A stretch of 32,000 bases of DNA from Nonlabens ponticola (GTDB taxonomy: Bacteria > Bacteroidota > Bacteroidia > Flavobacteriales > Flavobacteriaceae): assembly GCF_003966335.1 (NCBI RefSeq), contig NZ_CP034549.1:810001-842000 (forward strand), given 5' to 3'. The translations under genes and the position numbers were made by a program. The notes below the pieces were generated by a model. The model did not search any database, was not told where the DNA came from, and saw nothing but the letters and a program-made list of their open reading frames with translations. Positions 26,221 to 32,000 of this stretch are shown here, one piece after another (the first letter of the stretch is position 1; each line of letters starts with the position of its first letter).

Positions 26221-26258
26221 TAAAAACAAAGAACCCAACTCAGTTGAATTGGGTTCTT
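26221..26258 (-). terminator. rho-independent terminator of the 1093-aa TBDR gene
   Basis: The minus strand reads AAGAACCCAA-(10 nt)-TTGGGTTCTT followed by TGTTTTT. Confidence 0.7.
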
Positions 26259-26282
26259 AAATATGATAATAAGTGCTTAATT

Positions 26283-29200
26283 CTAGTTGAATATATATCT
26301 CAATCCAACTTGCATTTGCCATCTTGAAGATCTAACACCACCGTCGTCAAAACGCTCTAAACCATCTTCAAAATCTGGATCAAAAGTAAATTCTGGATCT
26401 GGACCATCTTCTTCAACGTTCAATATTTGTATGTTACCAAATCGGTTGTTGATGAACTTCTGGCGACCCCAATCCTTGTTTAAGAAGTTGAAGAAGTTGA
26501 AAATATCAACCGTTGCTTGAAGCGTATGTTCCTTCTCATTCACGTTAATTGTGAAATCTTGAAGTAACTTGAAGTCAACAATATGATTCCATGGTCCTCT
26601 AAATCCGTTACGCTCTGCATATGAACCTCTTCGGTCATTTAAATAGTCATTGCTCTCTATATATGCATCAAGTGCTTCCCATTGCTCATCTGCGCTTACA
26701 TCTCCATCATCTACAAGATTAATTTCACTCTGGTTGCGTGGAATATAGATTAAGGCATTATCACCAGTATCGTCACCTAGCAAACTGAAGCTTCTAGGAT
26801 CATTATAGGTAAAGCTTAATGGAGCACCTTCTTGACCATTATAGAAGAAGCTGAAGGTCGTCTTGATGTTATCATTCCACGTCAAACGGTACGAAGCATT
26901 TGCGGAAACTCTATGTCCAAATGCAAACTGTGAAGGCTGTAGTTGAGGAGCATTCTTACCATTCACCGTTGGATTAAATCTCCACTGTGAACTGTTTTGA
27001 GAAGATGTTGCGTCAAATATAGATTCTCCGTCACTGTATGCGTAAGAAACCTGAGCGGCAAACCCTTTGTCAAAAGGCTTCGTTAACGTGAAAGAAGCGC
27101 TCTGTGAATAACCTTCATTAGTATTGGTGGCCAGATAAATACCAGTATAATCTCCATCAATTCTCGCTCTAGAGTAAAATGGTCTTTCATCTGCACCATT
27201 AAGGTTTCCTATAGGTCCTCTAATATTTAGATTCTCATAGGATATATTATTGATATTGTCATTATAGATATAATCTACTGTAGCTGTAAGACCCCAAATA
27301 TTCAGTTTCTGATCTATACCTATGCTGTATTTTGCCACTTGTGGCAACATGAAATCTGGCGCAAATATGTTGATATCACCACCCAATTGACCACTTCCAG
27401 GTGCAGCACCTGTACCAATCGGCTGGTTCGTTGGATCTGGATTGAATCGTACGCCACCTTCAAAATCATCTTCATTTACACCACCAATGGCAAGACCATT
27501 ATTATTGTAAGCACCACCTGGCCATACTAGCGGCATTCTAGAAGTAAAGATACCTATACCACCACGTATTTGCGTTTGACGCTCTCCACCTACATTCCAG
27601 TTAAAACCTAATCTAGGAGAAACGTGTATCTGACTTTTTATTTGTCTACCTACTCTTGCACCTTGCAAGTCTTTACCTTCTGCTTCTAGAAGGGCAACTG
27701 TGTTGGTGTTGAACGATTCGTTAACGGTTCCTTGCTCAAAGAATGGAATGTCAAATCTAACACCATAAGTCAATCTGAAGTTGTCAGTTAAACTCCAGTT
27801 GTCTTGAGCATAAACACCTAGTTGCGATAAGTTGAATTTTGCAGCAGCATCAGTAATGTCATCACCTGAAGTTCCAGCAGGATCTAATAACGAATAAGAG
27901 TAGCTGTAATCTTGTGACAATACATCATCGTCAAGGTCATCATTGAAATACGTATTGAAGTCTTCTAATGAATCAAAACCATAGTTACCAAAGTTTTCTC
28001 TCACAAATACATTTCGTACACTGTAGTTTTCAAAATTTGCTCCTAAGGTAATGTTGTGTGCTCCTGATTGTATCTCAAAATTGTTTGTAACAGTAAATAC
28101 GTCTTGATCAAGAATATTACCCGTAGAAAAACGCTCAGAACCAAACGTGATATTACCATCACCATCTTCAATGCTTACTCTAGGAAACGGATTTCCTATA
28201 GGATCACGGTCATCTCTAACAATTGTATTAGTAACAATGAGGTTATTAGAAAGGTTTGAACCGTTTGTAGTATTCCATTCAAGTGTGCTAGAATTTGTAG
28301 TTGAGGGAAAAAATTGTCCACCATTAGAGAAATTGATGTTTCCAGCATTACTCGTTGAAGGATCAACAGATTCACCATTTACATAATTGTGCTTAAAGAT
28401 GATGGTATTCTTCTCATTAAGGTTGTAGTCAAGTTTAATAGTAAAACGCTCTGTTTCACGAGTACGATCAACATTACCAAAAGATCCAGGATCATAACCA
28501 AATCTGTCGATAAGATTATTCCTTAGTGTCGTAATATCTTCTAAAGAACTATCACCAACATATAATGCTGGGTCAAAAATTCTTGGAGTGTTTTCTCTCT
28601 CAACTTCAGCATTCAAGAAGAAAAACAATTTGTTTTTAATGATGGGCCCACCTATTCGCGCACCATACAAATTATTAGAGAATTCATCTAGGCGTTCGCG
28701 ATCTGGAGCAGGATCATCACCATTTCGATCATCAATTTGGTCTATGATTGCTTGTGGCGTTTTACCAGCTAATTTTTCATTCCTATGAAAGTAATAAGCA
28801 CTACCACTAAATTCATTAGTTCCTGAACGAGTGATAGCATTGATCGCACCACCAGTAAAACCTGATTGACGTACATCATAAGGTGCAATGTTTACAGAGA
28901 ATGACTCAATGGCATCAAGTGATATTGGGTTGATACCTATTTGACCACCGTTAGTACCTGAGTCAGATAGTCCAAAAACGTCATTATTTACAGCACCATC
29001 AATAAGAAGGCTGTTATACCTGTTATTTTGACCAGCAATCGAGATAGATCCATCCTCGCCAACTGTAGCTTGTGGTGTCTTTCTTAAAATGTCTGCAATA
29101 CTTCGGGTAACTGTAGGTAGAGTGTTTATCTCTCTTGTTGAGATATTAGTTTCTGATCCAGTTTTACCACTATCAAAAATCCCATCACGAGTAGCTCTGA

Positions 29201-29564
29201 TAACTATCTCATCCAGCGCATTGGTAGATTCTAGAAGTGTAGCGTCAATTTGTTCTGATTGACCCAAGTCTAGATTGATATTAGACAATTCTAGGGTCTC
29301 TTTCCCAACATAAGAAATGTTGATAGTATAAGGACCACCTACACGCATGTTGTTGATACGGTAGTAACCTTCAATGTCAGTTACAGATGCGTAGCGCGTA
29401 CCTGTTGGTGTGTGTACTGCGATAATCGTTGCGCCCAGTAGTGGCTCATTATCGGCTTCTAAGACACGACCGTTGATGGAAGATGTGGTTACACCTTGTC
29501 CCAACATAGTCATGGAGCTTGAGAGAATTCCTATAAATAAGAATAGCTGTAAAAGTTTGTTCAT
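26283..29564 (-). CDS. TonB-dependent receptor, large CarboxypepD_reg-type (about 1090 aa)
   Basis: ORF 26283..29624; I prefer ATG 29564 with a signal peptide (MNKLLQLFLFIGILSSSMTMLGQ). It has a CarboxypepD_reg-like domain (INGRVLEADNEPLLGATIIAV..GYYRINN), a plug and a long barrel. No SusD-like partner is adjacent. Confidence 0.85.
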   Translation of the reverse strand: MNKLLQLFLFIGILSSSMTMLGQGVTTSSINGRVLEADNEPLLGATIIAVHTPTGTRYASVTDIEGYYRINNMRVGGPYTINISYVGKETLELSNINLDLGQSEQIDATLLESTNALDEIVIRATRDGIFDSGKTGSETNISTREINTLPTVTRSIADILRKTPQATVGEDGSISIAGQNNRYNSLLIDGAVNNDVFGLSDSGTNGGQIGINPISLDAIESFSVNIAPYDVRQSGFTGGAINAITRSGTNEFSGSAYYFHRNEKLAGKTPQAIIDQIDDRNGDDPAPDRERLDEFSNNLYGARIGGPIIKNKLFFFLNAEVERENTPRIFDPALYVGDSSLEDITTLRNNLIDRFGYDPGSFGNVDRTRETERFTIKLDYNLNEKNTIIFKHNYVNGESVDPSTSNAGNINFSNGGQFFPSTTNSSTLEWNTTNGSNLSNNLIVTNTIVRDDRDPIGNPFPRVSIEDGDGNITFGSERFSTGNILDQDVFTVTNNFEIQSGAHNITLGANFENYSVRNVFVRENFGNYGFDSLEDFNTYFNDDLDDDVLSQDYSYSYSLLDPAGTSGDDITDAAAKFNLSQLGVYAQDNWSLTDNFRLTYGVRFDIPFFEQGTVNESFNTNTVALLEAEGKDLQGARVGRQIKSQIHVSPRLGFNWNVGGERQTQIRGGIGIFTSRMPLVWPGGAYNNNGLAIGGVNEDDFEGGVRFNPDPTNQPIGTGAAPGSGQLGGDINIFAPDFMLPQVAKYSIGIDQKLNIWGLTATVDYIYNDNINNISYENLNIRGPIGNLNGADERPFYSRARIDGDYTGIYLATNTNEGYSQSASFTLTKPFDKGFAAQVSYAYSDGESIFDATSSQNSSQWRFNPTVNGKNAPQLQPSQFAFGHRVSANASYRLTWNDNIKTTFSFFYNGQEGAPLSFTYNDPRSFSLLGDDTGDNALIYIPRNQSEINLVDDGDVSADEQWEALDAYIESNDYLNDRRGSYAERNGFRGPWNHIVDFKLLQDFTINVNEKEHTLQATVDIFNFFNFLNKDWGRQKFINNRFGNIQILNVEEDGPDPEFTFDPDFEDGLERFDDGGVRSSRWQMQVGLRYIFN

Positions 29565-29592
29565 CGTTAAAATGATTTGAGTTTTGATGCTG

Positions 29593-29600
29593 CAAAAGTA
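29593..29600 (-). promoter_or_regulatory. candidate -7 promoter box (TAnnTTTG)
   Basis: The minus strand reads TACTTTTG, 28 nt upstream of ATG 29564. Confidence 0.35.
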
Positions 29601-29682
29601 CTCGCTTAAAAAGCATCCCAACATTAAGCTATCATTAATTAACGCTTAACTTTTCAACTATAACTATTTGATAAATAAGATA

Positions 29683-31320
29683 TTACCTATTAACGGAATA
29701 AAACTTGTTTAACAGCGCGGTGGTTGACGCATCATGACCGTCAGACTTACTTGTCTCAATGTCATTTAAAATGGTATCTGCTAGTTTTTTTCCCAGCTCC
29801 ACGCCCCATTGATCATAGCTGTAAACGTTCCAAATAATACCTTCAACAAATATCTTGTGCTCGTACATGGCCACCAATTTTCCTAGACTCGCAGGAGTAA
29901 GCTCATCAATCATGATGGTGGTAGTAGGCCTGTTACCTGGGAACACCTTAAACGGTAACAGTTTACTTATCTCATCAGCTGTTTTGCCAGATTCTTTTAA
30001 ATCTTCACGGGCTTCCTCTCTGGTCTTTCCGTTCATGAGCGCCTCAGTCTGCGCGATAAAGTTTGCGATGAGTTTATTATGGTGATCAGGTTGTTGGTAT
30101 TTTGCTTTCGCGAAAGCTATAAAATGAGCCGGTATCAACTTTGTTCCCTGATGTATCAATTGGAAAAAAGCATGTTGCGAGTTGGTTCCTGGTTCACCCC
30201 AAACAATGTTGCCTGTTTCATAATTTATAGGAATACCATCACGAGAAATGCTCTTACCATTACTCTCCATTATAGCTTGTTGCAAGTAGGCCGGTAATTC
30301 CTTTAAGTACTGGGTGTAAGGTATGATGGCCTCGCTCTGGGCTTTAAAGAAATTGTTATACCAGATGGTGAGTAGTGCCAGTTGCACCGGTATATTATCG
30401 CGGAATTCCGCATCTTTAAAATGCTCATCCATGGCATGTGCGCCATTCAATAAATGCTGGAAATTGCTGGTGCCAACGCCCAACGCGACAGACATTCCTA
30501 CTGTGCTCCACAAGGAGAAACGGCCGCCTACCCAATCAAACATCGGGAAAATATTGTCCTGTGCCACGCCAAATTCTACCGCACGATCCACATTACTGCT
30601 CACGGCGATAAAATGCTTGCCTACTGCATCTTCATTCACTTGTTCTTTAAACCAGTTGCGTATTGTAGTAGCATTAGTCAACGTTTCCTGCGTGCCAAAA
30701 GATTTTGAAACAATCACAAACAGCGTTGTTGCTGGATCGATTTTTTTAAGGGTTTCCATCACGTGGTCACCTTCTACATTTGACACAAAGTGCAGTTTAA
30801 GATCGTTGTGATATGCCTCAAGTGCCTGGTATATCATCACGGGTCCTAGATCGCTGCCTCCTATACCTATATTGACAATAGTGTCAAACTTTTCACCATT
30901 GGCAGCGGTTATTTCACCTGTAAGTACTTGATCTACATAAGTGAACATTTTCTCACGACTGGCTTGTGCGTCTTTTACATAAGACTTAATGTTAGAATCT
31001 GCCTTTTCCAATGGCGTGCGCAATGCGGTATGCAGCACTTCACGACCTTCAGTCGAATTAATTTTTTCTCCATCAAAATATGATTGGATAGCCTCATCGA
31101 GCTTGCACTCATTTGCAAGGTCAATCAGTACCTCACGCGTAGCTGGCGTGATGAGGTTTTTAGAAAGATCTACATAAAAATCCTCAAACTCAATGGTAAA
31201 TTCCTGAGCTCTATCGGGACTATTTTTAAAGGCTTCTTTTAGATCAAACTTCTTAAGATTGTCATAGTGCGCCTTTAGGCTGTTCCATGCGTTGGTGGTA
31301 GTTGGGTCTATATTTTTCAT
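29683..31320 (-). CDS. pgi: glucose-6-phosphate isomerase
   Basis: The ORF extends to 31485, but Pgi homology begins at ATG 31320 (MKNIDPTTTNAWNSLKAHYD). Contains IGIGGSDLGP, SKSFGTQETL, GGRFSLWS and ESNGK. The ATG overlaps the upstream TGA (ATGA). Confidence 0.95.
   Translation of the reverse strand: MKNIDPTTTNAWNSLKAHYDNLKKFDLKEAFKNSPDRAQEFTIEFEDFYVDLSKNLITPATREVLIDLANECKLDEAIQSYFDGEKINSTEGREVLHTALRTPLEKADSNIKSYVKDAQASREKMFTYVDQVLTGEITAANGEKFDTIVNIGIGGSDLGPVMIYQALEAYHNDLKLHFVSNVEGDHVMETLKKIDPATTLFVIVSKSFGTQETLTNATTIRNWFKEQVNEDAVGKHFIAVSSNVDRAVEFGVAQDNIFPMFDWVGGRFSLWSTVGMSVALGVGTSNFQHLLNGAHAMDEHFKDAEFRDNIPVQLALLTIWYNNFFKAQSEAIIPYTQYLKELPAYLQQAIMESNGKSISRDGIPINYETGNIVWGEPGTNSQHAFFQLIHQGTKLIPAHFIAFAKAKYQQPDHHNKLIANFIAQTEALMNGKTREEAREDLKESGKTADEISKLLPFKVFPGNRPTTTIMIDELTPASLGKLVAMYEHKIFVEGIIWNVYSYDQWGVELGKKLADTILNDIETSKSDGHDASTTALLNKFYSVNR
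30104..30117. repeat. GCTTTCGCGAAAGC palindrome copy 8 (inside pgi CDS)
   Basis: Exact 14-mer, read on the minus strand as FIAFAKAKY. Confidence 0.95.
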
Positions 31321-32000
31321 AAAGTTGCTGCGCCGGTTTGATAAGGCACCTCGTCTATTTCTTCCTTGAGAGGCATGATAAAGTTCTGGTAGTCTGCCAT
31401 TTTTGCTTGTGGTAATGGCTCTGCACTTGGTAAATTTTGTTTGTAGGGATCTACCTGCTTTCCATTGACCCAAAACCTGTAGCATACATGTGGTCCAGTA
31501 GCGAGTCCTGTGCTACCTACAGTTCCTATCACTTGACCCTGATCCACACGTTGACCAACACTTACTTTTCTTTTAGTCATGTGCAGATACTGCGTTTCAT
31601 AAGTGCCGTTGTGTCTAATTTTTACATAATTACCGTTACCGCGAGTGTAACCAGACTTTGTCACTATTCCATTTGCCGTGGCAACAATTGGCGTTCCATA
31701 GCCAGCAGCATAGTCAGTACCCTTATGTGCTTTCCATCTTTTTTGTACTGGGTGAAATCTGCGTTTTGTATATCTACTAGAGATGCGCGTGTAGTTCACA
31801 GGCGCTTTCAAGAAAAAGTTGCGCAGTGTGGCGCCTTCTTCATTATAATATTCATGAACGGCCTCAGTAGAATCTACTACATAATCAAATGCATAATAGG
31901 GCTTGTTGCCAGTTTCAAAAACAGCAACCTCAATCCTGTCAATACCTGCATAAATGCTGTCATTGATGTAGCGTTCTTGAAAGATCATCTTGAAACGATC
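31317..32000 (-). CDS. M23 (LytM-type) peptidase, C-terminal part; N-terminus lies beyond the window
   Basis: The frame is open to the window edge (DRFKMIFQ...). M23 motifs are present (HKGTDYAA, GNYVKIRH, YLHM, GSTGLATGPHVCY). Confidence 0.85.
   Translation of the reverse strand, partial: DRFKMIFQERYINDSIYAGIDRIEVAVFETGNKPYYAFDYVVDSTEAVHEYYNEEGATLRNFFLKAPVNYTRISSRYTKRRFHPVQKRWKAHKGTDYAAGYGTPIVATANGIVTKSGYTRGNGNYVKIRHNGTYETQYLHMTKRKVSVGQRVDQGQVIGTVGSTGLATGPHVCYRFWVNGKQVDPYKQNLPSAEPLPQAKMADYQNFIMPLKEEIDEVPYQTGAATL

Noticed and set aside
1540-30117. Interpreting the GCTTTCGCGAAAGC copies as a CRISPR array or as MITE/IS remnants
   Set aside because: The spacing is irregular (2.2-7.4 kb) and interrupted by intact housekeeping genes, so this is not a CRISPR array. 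No conserved flanks extend beyond about 4 nt, there are no terminal inverted repeats enclosing a body, no target-site duplications, and no transposase in the window, so it is not a conventional MITE or IS.
30323-30811. 162-aa ORF antisense to pgi
   Set aside because: It is a shadow ORF inside the highly conserved pgi CDS, with a Cys/Ser/Leu-rich composition and no independent signals.
31321-31485. 55-codon N-terminal extension of the pgi ORF
   Set aside because: It lies entirely inside the M23 peptidase coding frame region. Pgi homology starts exactly at ATG 31320, which forms an ATGA overlap with the upstream stop.
1-32000. Search for rRNA, tRNA, tmRNA, riboswitches, prophage/integrase, toxin-antitoxin or known defence genes
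   Set aside because: Intergenic regions are short, with the longest at 313 and 230 bp. They show no cloverleaf-type or conserved riboswitch-like structure that I could recognise. No ORF has integrase, transposase, nuclease-ATPase or TA-like signatures.

Overview
This is a gene-dense chromosomal segment that reads as Bacteroidota, Flavobacteriia-like. That assignment is an inference from a T9SS C-terminal sorting domain protein, two CarboxypepD_reg-type TonB-dependent receptors, TAnnTTTG -7 boxes and no Shine-Dalgarno sequences. I call 27 CDSs, 2 of them cut by the window edges. Most are housekeeping: membrane M28 peptidase, hemH, MATE exporter, gdhA, PorZ-like protein, recO, two TBDRs, pdeM, mfd, pgi and an M23 peptidase. 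I saw no rRNA, tRNA, CRISPR array, transposase/integrase or recognisable defence gene. Two things are not explained by ordinary annotation. (1) One specific 14-bp perfect palindrome, GCTTTCGCGAAAGC (extended consensus TTACGCTTTCGCGAAAGCGTAA), occurs 7 times exactly plus one 1-nt variant. Three copies are intergenic and five are embedded in-frame in unrelated genes, which looks like a HIP1/USS/REP-like genome-saturating motif that I cannot name. (2) An acyl-CoA thioesterase gene is translationally coupled to the first of three diverged tandem paralogs (about 145 aa each) of an uncharacterised protein that I infer to have a STAS/SpoIIAA-like fold. I did not find a clear novel multi-gene system beyond these. 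The other findings are smaller anomalies: a start-codon problem in the MATE gene, a Cys-rich insert in HemH, an orphan pdeM, and active-site substitutions in two enzymes. All work was done by eye, so degenerate repeat copies may have been missed.
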